A stretch of DNA of 64,000 nucleotides from assembly GCA_047495785.1 (NCBI GenBank), contig JBLDXI010000007.1, positions 3,348,001 to 3,412,000 on the forward strand, in the 5' to 3' direction. Shown here piece after piece: positions 11,231 through 24,905 of this stretch. Made by a program: the position numbers and the translations under genes. The notes beneath the pieces were generated by a model. That model saw only the letters and a list, made by a program, of their open reading frames with translations. It was not told the origin of the DNA and did no database searches. The number at the start of each line of letters is the position of its first letter. The first letter of the stretch is position 1. The stretch comes from Lepidodermella squamata (taxonomy: Eukaryota > Animalia > Gastrotricha).

Positions 11231-14200
11231 CTAATACACCACCAGCGATGCATAGATGTTTAGGATCAGGAAAGCATCGATGCTAATGCAGAATATTGCA
11301 ACATCCATGGCTCGAGCATAGCTGATTCGTGCCTTGAAGAAAGCGAACCTTCCGTCATTTTCTAAAAGGTAGGTGTATCTGCAGGTAGCTGTGAACATTA
11401 TTGCAGCGTATAGGGTAATCATCGAACACAGCCCGCATAGAATCAGAATATACTCAGCCATGAGAACAGATTCCGAGGTTTCGGGAATCTTATCTAAAAC
11501 TTGGGATTGGATTACAATCATACTGAGAAGGAGCGTCCCGGAGAATGCCGGACGGTCTGGGCAGTCGGGATCAAAAAGCAGTGACCCAAACACAAGGGTC
11601 AGTATGATGGCACACGGCGCCATGTTGTTGATGAGGTACGGCGCAGGCTCACGGGAGAAGCCAACAGTGAAAATGGCATAGCCCGATGTTCCATTTTTTC
11701 GCAACGGCGATTTGGTAACGCCGTGTTTGTTAGACGCAGCATCAAATTTCCACATTTCGCTGTCGAACGAGCCGTCAAAGGCGAATCGCGAGCCGCCAAA
11801 GAACAGAAATTTATCAGCCTCGTCGAGCAGAAACGTGAAATCGCATTGCTGCGTGTCGAACGGGAATTTTCTCAGCTTCAATATGCATTTCGATGTCATC
11901 ATGCCGAGTCGTATCCAATGAAAAAACAACGTGCGATTCGGGCTCGTTGGGTAGTAAGCTATCTGGACTTGTTCCTTCCAGAACATTCCATTCTCCATGT
12001 ACAGGTCGGATGTTGTGTTGGCGAATCGGATGCTCGGAACCCATACATCACTGCGCTTGACTGTGTAAACACGATCGACTTCGTTCACATTAGGCGCCGT
12101 CACTTCTTTAGGACAATCAGTAACAGCCCATTGTACAAGCAGTTGAGTCCCAGCAGCTATCTCGCGAGCATTAGCATCGATGTCGAACAATTCTTTGAAC
12201 TCCAGAGTGATGAAAATCTGAGTCCCAACAGCCGGAGATCTAGGAAAAACAATTTACAGAAAAATCGGCATTTGAGCAAATTGCAGTACTTGACTCTGGA
12301 GTTGATGAATCTGCAACTCGTCAGGTCGCCCATTTTTACTAGCGGAACGAGATTACCGTCTATCAAGTTTGGAATATTGAAACTTGAAGTATTTGAGCTG
12401 AAGTCGTAAGTTCTTGCAGCAGCTGTGGTTGGCAGAGCTGTGGTTGATGGCGAGGATTTCAGTTCCCAGACCTTAAGGCTTCGAACTGTTACATCGGCGT
12501 TGGATCCGTTTATTCCGTACAGCTGAATCTTGGCTACACCGCTCGCGAGTTGATTCGCGCTGAATCCAGGGATACTGACATCGCTGAGGAGAATCGTGGT
12601 CGTGGCATTGTTTCCACTGCTGGGAGCGATGGCGACAGTGATTTTGTCGCCTAAACTCTGAATTACCAGTTTGAAATTAGCTAGTCCCGATCCATCAAAT
12701 ATGTTTAGCATTGGGCTGATAGAATTAACAAAATAATTCAGAGGGACAGTTTGGCTCGTGCTTGTCGGAACCGCTTCATAAGATAGGTAAGCGCTGCCGC
12801 CTTGACCGAGCTGAAGACATATATGAGCCCCGTCGAAATTGCTGAAACTACCCATGCGCCCACTGGAATCATTTGCTTAGAAAAACAAGAGGTTATAAAA
12901 TGTGGACGATAGCTCTGAATATTTAAAACCCACCTACAGATGCGGGTTGGCTGGTCATCCCCATCACGAAATAACCCGACGAATCTGGCTTGTAATCTGA
13001 AGTGAGTTCCATCTCGATTCGAAAGCCGTCGGAACTTAGACTTGTAGGCAGGTTTGCGCCGACAGTGGCCGATCCGTAATCGATTGATGGATTATCATCC
13101 AGTTTCAACCCAGCCGCGTCGAAAGCAGCGCCGCCCTGCAGAGAAACATATCCGCCCTGTTCGCTGAATGAGTTATTCGATAGATAAGCAGGGATGTCAG
13201 AGTGCATGTAAGGCAGCGCAAGTAAATTTAAATCAGGATGAAGTGATGAGCTGCTTTGCTGTTGGGTAGTTGATGCTTGTCGTGACGTTGTAGTAGGATT
13301 CAGGGTTGTCGAGATTGATGACGCAGCAATAGTTGATCCTTGAGATGACAGCGCAGCTGTCGAAGGCGTAAGAGTAGTACTCGAGCTTGCGGTGGCCGAA
13401 GTTGTTGCTAAGGGGGTTAACGTTGAAGTTGCTGATGATGTTGTTGCTGTGCTGGAGGTGGTCGAAGTTGGGGTAGTCGGTGTTGTCACACTGTTGGATG
13501 TCGTCGATGTTGTTGTTGTCGTGGTTGGAGTTGTTGACGGAATCGTAGTAGTCGATGTCGATGGGGGAAACGTAGTCGGATTAGTTGTCGGTGTTGATGG
13601 AATTGTTGTCGTTGTGCTTGAACTTGAGAAAAAACCAAAATAGATCAAGTATAGCTGTCCCGCTTTAGGGAAGACGAATGCAACGCCTTACAAATGTTAT
13701 TCTGAATTGGGATAGCTAACCCTAACAAATCGAAAAAAGCGCCCAAAACCATGTAGCAGTAAACAGGAGCCTAAAAAACCTGAATGACTAAAATAGCGGG
13801 TAAGAAAATCGAAATGATTAAATGATGAAATCCGCTAAGAAAATTGAGTTTGTGCAACTGCATTTGTGCAAATGATTTTATGCATAATCGTTTGTGCAAG
13901 TACAGGTAAATCCATCTGCTGACCACGCGTTATTATAGCCACCCGTATGACATGCACCAAATGACGCCTCATTAGTTGCATTTTCAAAAGATTATTACTT
14001 TTATAATGTATCTACTTCAGTTTTGATGATAACTGATAACAAAAAATAACTAAAAAAAGTTGCGCAAGTGAGGTTGCGCTGGTTGCGCGTGGGAGATAAC
14101 CATAGTAGATTGTAGGAGGCTCTTAGATTATGGAATCACTCAAATCCCTGTAAAACTAACTAGAACGCGTTATATGCAATATCGATTATCGAAAAAGTTT

Positions 14201-17200
14201 TCGTGCTGGACTAAGATAATCAGATTTTGCAATGATCGAAAACAGTTTACTATAAGAATTACGGTTGTATGCGAGCGAAGCGAGAAATTTGAAAAATGTG
14301 CTACACTGAAACTGATTTGGAAATAGCATTCACAGCTGCCCGGGAGCGAGACGAGGGGCGTATGCTCGCGAATTCGATAGAAAATTATGAATCTTCTGAC
14401 AAAAGCAGACTCTTCGCGGACGTGATTAACGGCGGCCCCTGTGACCACTGATCGTCAGCTACCCGTTAACCTAAGGGTCAAGCGGCTCCTCTGGTTGCGT
14501 CATTTCATGTCATCACAAGCCAACTACGAGCCAGTGGAGGAGGACAAATAAAAAAACTTCGTTAGTTACAAACTAATTTCATCGTTTCTTGTCCTACATT
14601 AGTAAAACTATATCAGCCTATCCGGGCGAAACAATATAATTTTATCGATCACTAGTCGAGAAAGAAGCCAATAGAAGCCCCAACACAAATACTGACTAAC
14701 TGTGAGACAGTTAAGCAGAAATTAGTTCAGCGACGTCACTTGAGCAGTGATAATTGAGCAGGAGACACTTTAGCAACCGCTACTTCAGCAGACGCTATTT
14801 CAGCAGACAGCACTTTAGCAGGTGAAAGTTCAGCAGAACTTAGTTCAGCATTTGCTACTTCAGCAAACAGCACTGAAGCAATCGACACTTCAGCCGAAGA
14901 CTTATGGGCAATGATATACTTGAGCAGAAGTCATTTCAGCAAACGACATTTTCTCAGTGTGAATTTGAGCAAAATGTAATCAAATATCGATGCTTAAGTG
15001 ACGTTGCTGAACTAAGTTCTGCTGATCTGTCTTACAACCGACTAACCTCGTCGATGTAGCTCTATTCAAGCATGATCCTTGAGGTGGAAAAGCTGGAGCA
15101 GTGGTCGTTCCCGATGTGAGGCCGAAAAAGAAAACCCGTCGCACTAGAGTATCTCCAAGGCCCCCTTGTGAACCCATTATACTAACTACTGAAAAGTAAG
15201 CCCCCATCACATCCGTGCTCATCGACGGGACAGGTAGGCCAACGAAACAGCTGCAAGTTTCCGTCGTAACACTAGCGGATAGTGGCGAAACAGCGACGCT
15301 AGCAAGGTCGTTTGCGACCTGAATAAAAAGCCGAAACTTGCTCGAGCCTGAACTGTTCAAGAAACGAGAGCTTCCACACGCAGGGACCGAAGTTGCATTC
15401 GGAGGATTGCCCGGAATCGGTTGTGACGTCGAATTTCTCGTCTGGTATGTAGAATACGCTAACCCGGATGGTTGCAGTTGAAAGGATATGAGAAGACCTC
15501 TCGGAATTCGAAATCGGTCAGCGCTCATCGCTCCGGGCGATGTAACTTGAAATAGGGAGGATAGGAGAATGGATCGCTGTGATTAACTAGAAAAACCTAC
15601 GATAAGTTGTGGATGATTCCGTAATGGCTACAGTGAACCAGCCCATCGATCTATTTGCCGGATACGTGATTTCGGCGTCAATTTCAATTCGAAAGTTGGC
15701 AGGTGAACAGATGTAACCCTGATGGAGAAAAAAAGGACCTAGCCACATAACCAATAGTCGAAAACTTACCAGCCCAGAGACGATGACACCTTGAACAATT
15801 TGGGGCGATATGCGCGCCAGTTGATACCCCGAGCCTGGGATTTCCTCCGCTCGTAACGGGTCGTAAGCGTTGGAGTTGAATGTCGTGGTTCCATTGACAT
15901 AATCGAAAGAGTTATCGTAATCGTAACAGACAGCACCCTGGAAGCCGTACGGAAGTGGGTAAGAGGTTTCGTCTGGGGTCGGGGTGCCAGCAAGTACTGT
16001 GAAAGAAATACAACATACTTTAGTTTGGATTCCCTGGGGAGGAGGAATGGTCTTCACATATAGTTTGGCAATACACTTTACATTGTCGAGCGCGACCGGA
16101 CACGCGAGATTATCACTAATTTTATTAAGCCAAGTGCGCACTCACTCGCGGCGTATTTGCAACACCTGTTTCAATCGCCCAATTTTTGAAAATACACTCA
16201 CAACTAGGACGCTGTTAAGTCGGTATTGATCGTGTTTTGCGACGGGGGTTCTGAAATTTATCCGCGCTATCCTAAGGTGCTAGGTGTTGCTATTGACAAT
16301 TTCAAGTTGTTTGATCTTGACGTGATATTGTCATTAACGGACCGTCATTGTCCGCTTACAATTTAGAGAGCGCGATATTGCTACACTTTTGTATGCACAA
16401 AGGCTCGATAGTGATTTACCGCTGCCGTCTCAGTTGTCAGTTGACTTAAGGAGGTGCCATTAGCTTCTATCTGTCACCTGCGCGCGTGTAACTTTGTGTC
16501 ATCTTATATCCCGCCGTGGGTCAGTTTTTTCATAACGCGCATGTAATTTATGAGTGTTCCATTGTGCGATTGCACGACGACCGGTTCTAAGCCATGGCCG
16601 CAGTCCAGCGTCAACGTTGGCAATAGTGCGCGAGAGGTGAGATTCATCAATGGATTGATGGCATTAAGAGCCTGTCCAATGTGTCATATTGGCTGACGAA
16701 GCTAAATGCTACTCTACAGCCTCTATATTCTCCTATCACTCATGACCGCATTCATCTTTGGTTCATTCGGAACCTCGATTCAAGCGGTCATTCGTGCAGG
16801 AAAAGTGTTTCTGTATTCCGTGCCGTCCGAGATTCCTTAATTCTTACTATTACCTATTTCGCAAAGAACCCATATCTTCAGCAACCATAGCATGCTGATG
16901 TTCCTGGAGAATTGTTATTCGGATATTCGGATTTTCGATTCGAAAAATATAACGACAGATATAGGCTGGTCTTAAAAGCGAGATGGCACGCAATACACGC
17001 AATTGGATTTTGGAACATATTTCGACGCCTAGTTTTTGCATTGTTGGTAAACAGACCATTAGTTACCTTGGAGCGATTCAATTAGGAACTTTTCCAGGCC
17101 ACCGCCCAATTTCCTGTTATACTTTCTGATCTCACCACAGCAATCGTTCAATCACAGTATAATTTTTGAAAATTGAATAAGTCTGTATTTGCTGTTCTCC

Positions 17201-20200
17201 AGTACAGTGCGTCAGGGCGAGGTTGATCACTAGCAGCGTCATAGTCGGAGAAGGCGCTGATGATGCCGAACCCAGCCGGCAAGAGCGAGCGGTTGCGGTC
17301 GACCGCCGAAAGCTTATCCTAAATACTGCCGAATATTTTCTAAAAATTCACCTGGCTGGCAAATGGCAAAGTAGGTAAAACCAAAGTGGCCGAATTTAGG
17401 GCGAGATGATGCTATACATAGAAACAATTAACCCCGAATTAAGAGAACACAAAAACAGCTCCAGCTGATCAGAACAAAAACGGGGCAAAGAGCAGTTGAC
17501 GCATAAAAAGTAAAATGAACTCAAAAGAGCGTCATTTTTTTTCTAAGTGAAAGTTTTTTGGTGCTGGTGACGGTGGATAAAACCACGTATTCAGTCTTCC
17601 GTGAAAATGATTACAGTGAAAGTAATTAACTTAGATCTTAGATGATTACTGGGTAGCCCAGTTAAATGCGATGGGCAAAAGGGCTATTTGTTTCTAGCGT
17701 ATCGGATCGCATTGTTCGGCGCAAACTGCTTGCAACTTGCAAAATCGAATCTGACAATATCGCTTCATTTTTTGGCAATTTCGATATCTCTCAGTGATTG
17801 TGTTGCCCGGGATAAGGTGACTCAAAAAATGTTTCCCTTTTTTACATTCTGATTCTGATTTTATTATGCATTTTGTTTCACAACAGTTAGCAATAGGTTA
17901 GTTCTCGGCGCCTCACCTAAGAGGTCGTAAAATCCACTAGTTCATCTGGTTTAGATTTAAGATATCGCAGAAACGCAGTATGAGAATTATTGACAATACT
18001 GGAGGGCAGCCGGTTCCGAGCTGCGCGCACACGCCTTGTAAAGCTGAACTGAGAGCTCGGATGTTCAAATCGTTTCATCACAACGGCATGAGCTGGTAAC
18101 GGGGATTTGAAGATATTTCGAAGAATGTCGAAAAGCTAGCATCCACACAGCCTGGGTACATTGTGTGGCATAGCGCAAGGTCGTGTTGAAAACGTCTAAT
18201 TTCAAGAGGGCACAATCCTAGTTTTTTTACATCTTTCATAATACGAGGCACCTTCAATCGATGAATAGTAGTCACATCTATACAACAGGCGTTTTGTGAA
18301 CCTGGCTTGAACAGCCTCCAGCATATCAATGTCTGTTAAGTGATACGGTGAGTAGACCGAAGGGCAAAAATCTAGCCGTGAAAGAGTGTATGTTATGTAT
18401 TTAAGCGGAGAGACTTCGATGCGAATGATTTGCATATCACGCCATTAATCCTTTGGCAACGTGTAGACAACGCATTGCAGTGCTCAGAGAACGTAAGGTG
18501 TTTATCAACGGTAATTCCGAGATCTTTAACTGAATCGACAACGTTTAGCTCAACATCTTTCACTTTGAACTGAAAGGGAAATGTGTGCTTTCCAAGACTG
18601 AGAACAACGCATTTTTTCGGATTAACCGTTAATCCGAAAAAATGCGTTGTTCGTTGCGTTGTTAGGGCGAAGTAGGACCTCGGAACTGGTAGGGACTAGA
18701 AAAATCGACATAAGGGTCCCCCCTTTGGTCTGTGAATGAGCCCACCGAACGGACCGCCGGTATTGGTAGGGATGATCCCTACCATCCCTAGCGGTACTTC
18801 GCTCTCTGGATTAACGGATTAACGTATTATCGGATAAACCATGTGAATCAAGCCAGCAGATGCTTTTATCGAGATCTGATTGAAGTTCGATGCTCGATGC
18901 AATCGGCAAGACAGCGAATAACATGATACAGCTTCGTATCGTCGGCAAAGAATTTCGTGATCGATGATTTTATCAACGTGTTGACATCAGTCGTGAAGAT
19001 CAGGAAAAGCTACGGTCCGAGCACCGAGCCTTGGGGCACTCCAGAAGTAACGGTCGACCACGAGGATGTGCTGTTATTCAGTTTAGATTGGAATTGAGCA
19101 TTTCGGTGCTAAAAAAGCTGCGGCGCATCGGCCCAAATGTCAGTTTTTCGGCGCTGAAAATTTTTCATCTAAAAAAAGGATAAGTCCAACAGAAAAAGAT
19201 GATGATTAGGGGATGTGAGCATTAGTTTTCATCTAAGCATTGGTATTAAAGTGGTAAGAATCCTCGCCTGTAACTCTAGAGATTAGGGTTCGAATCCCCG
19301 CCAATGCGTCATTTTTCTGCTCTCTATTTTTTTCCCTCATTTAAATATTCACACATTCATAATACTAAAACCCATGAATTCAGGGTGTAAAAAAAAATGC
19401 GGTTAATGCCTTTTAAGAAAAAGCATGAAAAAGGATACGCATAGGGCCCGAATTACAAGGATCGCGTGTGAGCTCGCTAATGTTAGCAAAAAGCCTGAAT
19501 TCATGCCTTTTTTTTCCTGTGATGGGACACTATAACCGTCTACTTACATCTATTGTGAAGAACCCGCAGGAGACATAAATTCCCCTGCGACCATGTCAGG
19601 AGACCAGTAGGAATAAGTTTACCCATGTCGACAGAAATTATCCAGAAATCTGGATAAAATGCCAGAACTGAGGGTGGAAATGAGTTGTCATTTCTTTGGT
19701 GGAAATGACAGAACTGAGTCCATATTATCACCATGTGAAATGAGTTGTTTACCAGAGCCACCGTTCAACAATTATTCATGGGTTTCAGAAGCATTTTTTT
19801 GGTTTACATGCTCTATAAACCACCCAGCCGTCATTCCAGACGTCATCCCGCATGAGAAAACGCGTTCGCGCTTCGTATGAAAAAAAATTGAGAACATTCG
19901 TAGGCTGCTTTTAAATAATTTGAAAAAAACTTGGCATCGATTTCAGCCTTTGAACTTTGCCATATTCAATAACAGAATCCCAAAAAAATGCTTCTGAAAC
20001 CCATGAATAATTTTTGAACGGTGGCTTTGGTAAACAACTCATTTCACATGGTGATCATATGGACTCAGTTCTGTCATTTCCACCAAAGAAAACGATAGTC
20101 CGATCAAGGATGTGGCCGTGGGGTCAAGCCGAAAACACCTATTTTTGAACCCCCAAAAAGTGACCTTCGGGAAAACCGCTATGGCGTCAAAACCATTCAT

Positions 20201-22668
20201 TTCCCAGCCGATTCCTTTGAACTGGTTGAAGTTGAAACCAATCCCCATCGATTAAAATAAAAAAATAAAAATTTCATGATGGGGGATAGTGGGTATAGCG
20301 CGTGGAAAATCACCATTTTTTACATGTAAACATGTATGCGCGAGTTTCAAAAAGATCCGCCATAATGAAAATTTACGAAAATCAGCAAAAGAATTAAAAC
20401 TTCATGTTTCCAATAGGAGTTTCATCTCTGGTAACTCTATTCTCTATGATAGAGACACCCCAGCTCGGTCGGGCAGTAGAAAATTTTATGATTTCACTAG
20501 AATTATAGAAAAATAGTTATCTTCCATCATTTTGGTTTGGAACTTCGGTAATTAGAGAAATCCCGTTATGAGGCCAATGGAGGAGGAGTTTTGAAGCAAT
20601 TTCCGGCTAATCCTGACACAAAATCTTCAAAAATACCGTCAGCTAAAGCTCGCTGCGCTCGCACCCAGGTTTGAATTCACTCAAGTTGGAATTTGGCGAT
20701 TATTCAACGGCAGCTTATTGAAGGGTCGACCATCGACCTTATATATAGTGGATATACAAACCCAGCACTGATAATAGATCTGGCGCGATCCATGACTGAT
20801 ACCATTTCAGTTGCCAAGTCTTATCGGCATTGTGATTAAAAAAAGAGATGTTACCAATAACGGTACATTTGATATTTTTCTTGGTTTGGAGGTTTTTCAG
20901 ATCATTCCTGATGGCGAATCGTCAACAATTGCGCCTGCTAAAGCTCGCTTCGCTAAAGAAAAATGTGAGCAGTTTTAAGAGGATTTGGGACCTTTTTTTA
21001 CCCAAAAATTCAAAAAATGTCTCGCTTCGCTCGACGCATCGATTAAAATTGATAATAGTGTCCACCGATGTAAAGTGAAAGGTACTAGGTGCGCGAGCGA
21101 GCGCAATTTTTTCAGCTCTATATTAGGAACACACCAGCTTGAAAATCCTACTTCGCACACTGGTCGTAGTCGGAGTAGTCGTACTGGTAGAAGGGGTGGT
21201 TGTTGTAGTAGATGTGGTTGTCGGAGTCGTTGTGGTTGTGGTTGTGGTAGTTGTTGTCGACGGAGTTGTCGTTGTTGTTGTTGGTTTCTTCGTGGTAGTC
21301 GAAGTTGAAGTACTAGTGGTCGTCGACGTCGTAGAGGCAGTCGACGGGCTTGTGTTCAATGTCCAGAAGTAGACGTTTTTAATTCGAGCAACGCCAGTAT
21401 TCATCGCACAGAGACCATTGAGACGAAGTTTCGTTGAGCCACTTGACATGCTGACGTTCAACCCCACAACAGCCACGTCTTGGAAACTGTGCGGAGCACC
21501 GCTTATCGGTAACGGAACCATCACAACCTGCGAAATGTTGGCGATGCTTATAAATTATGTCCCAGGTGGATCAGCATAAACCGCTAAGCCCGAAATGTAT
21601 GTCAGCGTTAAATAAATGTTAAGGTAGGGGGCTTAAATTTTAGGAATTATGAAACTCAGAAACCGCATTATATCTTTTCATTTTAACTACTTCATAGTAT
21701 ATTCAATATAGTATAGGATTATGCTTTTCTAGATACAGTAATAGCGCATGCTTCCCCTGACGACTGGCGACTGAGAAATTTCTGCTACTGCTTACCCCGT
21801 GAACGTAATTATCATTTGAAGTAGGGTCTACGCAGCTATTGTTGATCTATCAACTGACAGTTAGCCTTTCGTCCGCAACCTGAAGGATGAGTCTATATAT
21901 GGTTGTTCCGCTTGAAGTAAACAAGCCAGCGCTAGTACCACCACAGGCTGCAGTCGATGTGTAATCGGGATTGCATGGCATTGTGCAGACTGCAGTCATT
22001 AAGGTGGGTTCGAACTGGACATAAGTCAGCCCACTCGGTTTCAACTCCTGTATCACATTGAGTCCTCGAATTGTTTCCACGTAGTCGAAATTGCATGTAT
22101 TGGTGGCTTAACGGAATAAACTGTCAAAAAACATATGCTAATGCTAAGCTTTGTTACTAAATCTGACTGCTCCGTCTGATAACAAGACCGAAAGCCAGCC
22201 CGTGCTAGACGCGGCTGTGTTGTACGTCGCAGTTATATCCATCTCAGCCCGCCAGTTGTTAGCAGTACCAGATGCAAGGTACTTGATAATAAATATATTG
22301 AAAACATAGACACTTGAGTTCAATCTACGTGTCAATTACTTGATCTGAAGAAATGCGACCAAAGTCATCGGTCGCTAAATTTCCCAGTAGATAGCCGTTT
22401 GAATTCTGGGTAACAATGCCGCGAGTAACGAACGTGATCGATGAAGAAATCGAGGAATTCGATAGGTCATAAGAAAAGCTCGGCACGTATGTCGCAGAGC
22501 CAGAATACAGGTATGGCAGGGCTAGGGAGCTGAGATCTGGAGTGGGATCCATCACCGCATCGATCCAGCCTGATTTCAACAGTTACATGACAGTTTAAAT
22601 AAACAAGGAAATTCTCACTAACAAATCTTAGCAAGGCATATAAGAACGAGAAATAGCTTGTGAAGCAT
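11231..22668 (-). CDS. Gene C: Cys-loop ion channel subunit with three extra N-terminal domains and two long Thr/Ser-rich stalks (~1380 aa)
   Basis: Eleven exons, all phase-compatible: 22668-22623, 22569-22340, 22281-22158, 22106-21859, 21527-21161, 15996-15770, 15718-15601, 15545-15047, 13622-12934, 12875-12290, 12239-11231. Signal peptide MLHKLFLVLICLAKICWIDA; Cys-loop CILKLRKFPFDTQQC; M2 PDRPAFSGTLLLSMIVI. The join across the 5.2-kb TE-filled intron is inferred from phase only. Confidence 0.8.
14701..15036. mobile_element. MULE-type MITE with TIRs, internal ~20-bp repeats and 10-bp TSD
   Basis: TIR tgtgagacagttaagcagaaattagttcagc vs inverted gctgaactaagttctgctgatctgtcttaca; flanking direct repeat actgactaac (14691-14700) / accgactaac (15037-15046); internal cacttcagca-like repeats. 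Confidence 0.75.
16290..17260 (+). mobile_element. Possible heavily decayed LINE (endonuclease-like remnants)
   Basis: Only fragmentary motifs such as NFVSSYIPPW (resembles the APE YRPP motif); no intact frame. Confidence 0.25.
18060..19085 (-). mobile_element. CR1/L2-clade LINE reverse transcriptase fragment (frameshifted)
   Basis: Minus-strand translations WSTVTSGVPQGSVLGP, FFADDTKL, VKDLGITVDKHLTFSEH, LEAVQARFTKRL, LEIRRFQHDL. Confidence 0.9.
18626..18817. mobile_element. Small MITE inserted into the LINE fragment
   Basis: Termini ccgttaatcc / ggattaacgg; duplicated ATTAA at 18621-18625 and 18818-18822; interrupts the RT reading frame. Confidence 0.7.
19237..19308 (+). pseudogene. tRNA-Gly-derived pseudo-tRNA or SINE head
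   Basis: GCATTGG/CCAATGC acceptor stem, AGTGGTA D-loop, GGTTCGAATCCC T-arm and a downstream T-run. The anticodon stem has two mismatches and the anticodon reads GTA instead of GCC. Confidence 0.65.
19548..19626 (-). other. Orphan first-exon-like segment related to A-type exon 1
   Basis: ATG...AGA T|gtaagt, 79 nt, phase 1; sequence similar to 2255-2300 and 24560-24626. Confidence 0.45.
19690..20091. mobile_element. Foldback MITE with ~110-bp inverted arms
   Basis: 19690-19802 is a near-perfect reverse complement of 19980-20091. Confidence 0.8.
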
Positions 22669-24491
22669 TCCTGAACAATTGATTTCGAACCTGTGCCGAT
22701 TTTTGATTATCTATCTTCTGTCAGGTTCATTCACTTCTTCCAGCTTTTCAGCTATAATAAATTATCCAGGAAGATACCCAACTGTACACGAACATCTAGC
22801 AATCATCGGCGTGGGAATAGAGCGCTTGATAATATTTTATCACAGAAAAAGGTTCTTCACTTTGGTTTAGATTCTAAAGCCTAGATATTTTGAAAAATGC
22901 CTTTGAAGCATCAAAACAAATTTTGTATATTGCATATTGTGCAAAACAAAGTTTTTGAGAATTGCGTTTCCAAGGTTACCGAGGCGATAAATAAACTGTC
23001 TTGCCTCAAGGAGTAAGCTTTTTCTCTTAAATCGTTAAAGTTAGAGAAGCTGCTCTTTCACGACGCTAGACATAAACATAACAAGAAATTAAGAATTGGG
23101 CCATTCATCATTCAATGATCAATCTTTCACCTAAAATTGAACCAGATCCAAGGCAATGTTGTTCTAACGGCTGCATCATACTATTCTATTTTATAAAATC
23201 GCAGCTTTTATTGTAATTCAATCAGCTTTTCCTTTTCATATTCGCATTTCTCGCTCATGTCCCATAAAAAACGTGCATAACAGATGAAGCCGAGCATGAA
23301 AAGCGAACGATTTTACGAACGCGCGAACTGCACTTCAAAACTCTAAAACAAAGCTTTTCGACCAAGCTTTTGGATGAATTTGCGTGCTTCATATTGCCAT
23401 TATCAATAATTCAAAGCATGTGCAGGCAGATATGCAGCGAAATAGGATGTGTGGAAAGCATGTTACCGGGCCGGGAAAGAATAGCAAAAATGATGAACAG
23501 GCACGTGCCTATTGCTGCACAATTCAAGTGCAGCGCGCGAGAGATCGAATTTTCTCAGCTATAGAACTATTTACCCATTTTTCAGAAACACTTTTCATGG
23601 TCACATAAAAACCTGGATGCTTGCGAGGCTCTTATTAGTTGCTAATTGATAATGGACGCTTTCAGTTACGCAGAGCAGCACTACTCTTGCCACATCAGCT
23701 CAACGGAGATCGCGTAACCAGACGCCTGAAAATCGATGCTCCAGATCTCCGAGATCTCCAGATCTCGATTTATTCAATCGAATAAATCGAATAAATGCGA
23801 TCGGTCTGTTACAGTCTGTGGTAAAGCGTGAAACCATCGATATTCTCTTATTCCAATTTCAGCTGATGAAACGAGATCTTAGATCAGTGCATTTTGCTGT
23901 TCTCGTGACTCGGGTTGTATTTTATTGTATTGTATCGTTTATTTGCAAATTTCATCATTGAATTCAGCAAATTAAAACAGGGTTGGCAATTTAAAAACAG
24001 GCGTGTTAAAACAGGCCTGTAAAAACATGTAGTAATTCCAGGCCATTTGTTGCATGTACATGTATAAACTGTAACAAATTATTTAGCGTTGTCAGAATAG
24101 GCAATCGCCCAATTTTCTTCGCAAAACGCTGTTTACTTAAGCCTTTTAATTATTTAAACAACGATGTCTCCAGCATACGAAGGAACGCCGCATAATTCAG
24201 TTGAAATGGTGGCCCTTCCAGCAGCCAGGCGGGGCACATGGCCTGCCGTCTGCCGTCACGTTAATTCCTGTGAGGCCAGATAGGATCGGATTATACTCAG
24301 CATGTACGGACTCAGCTGTAGCAGGAATGAGCCCTAAGAACTAAGAAAAAATCTGACTGATTGAATTGAATCGATTGAGAAGTCTGATTGAAAAGTGACA
24401 AGACAAAATGCATTCGTTTTTGCCTCTTCATTCACGTAAAAACACTGCTCTTTACGTATCACTCTTCAATTTTAAACTGATATAAACTTAT

Positions 24492-24905
24492 GAGATCTGA
24501 GCCTTCAGCCAGCCTGAAACAAAAAATCATCTGAGTAACACTATAACTATAAGCGTCTCCTAACATGTCTTGTGAAGAACCATGTCAGGAGACCAGGAGA
24601 TAAGTTTACCCGTGTCGACAGAAATATTGATTGACGGAGTATTCCAATCAGAACTTGAACGATGGTTTATTTTCTCTCTTGACGCCTCGGCTCATTTGAG
24701 AATCTATGACAGCATTTAATAATTCAGAATGCTTTCAAATCTTATAAAGCCTTTGCGCTTGACACATAATGGCTTCGAAATGTCGCTGAGCGACGTGTTA
24801 ATATAAACAGCCACATGAAAGAGTTGCGCAAACCTCGGAGAGATGGCCTACGGGAGGCAGACATGGTTTTTTTTTAAAACAACTAAGCAAAGTTGTACTG
24901 AGCAA
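24492..24905 (-). pseudogene. Truncated duplicate of gene A upstream region, exon 1 and start of exon 2
   Basis: Colinear similarity to 2178-2595 (e.g. cttgacgcctcggctcatttga, gagttgcgcaaacctcggagaga); ATG lost; stops about 20 nt into exon 2. Confidence 0.8.

Noticed and set aside
11373-12409. Plus-strand ORFs opposite the channel exon
   Set aside because: Antisense to a conserved coding exon and not preserved across paralogues.
20560-21125. ctcgcttcgctcg micro-hairpins (similar signal at 47070-47160), suggestive of Helitron/Helentron-type elements
   Set aside because: Termini could not be defined with confidence.
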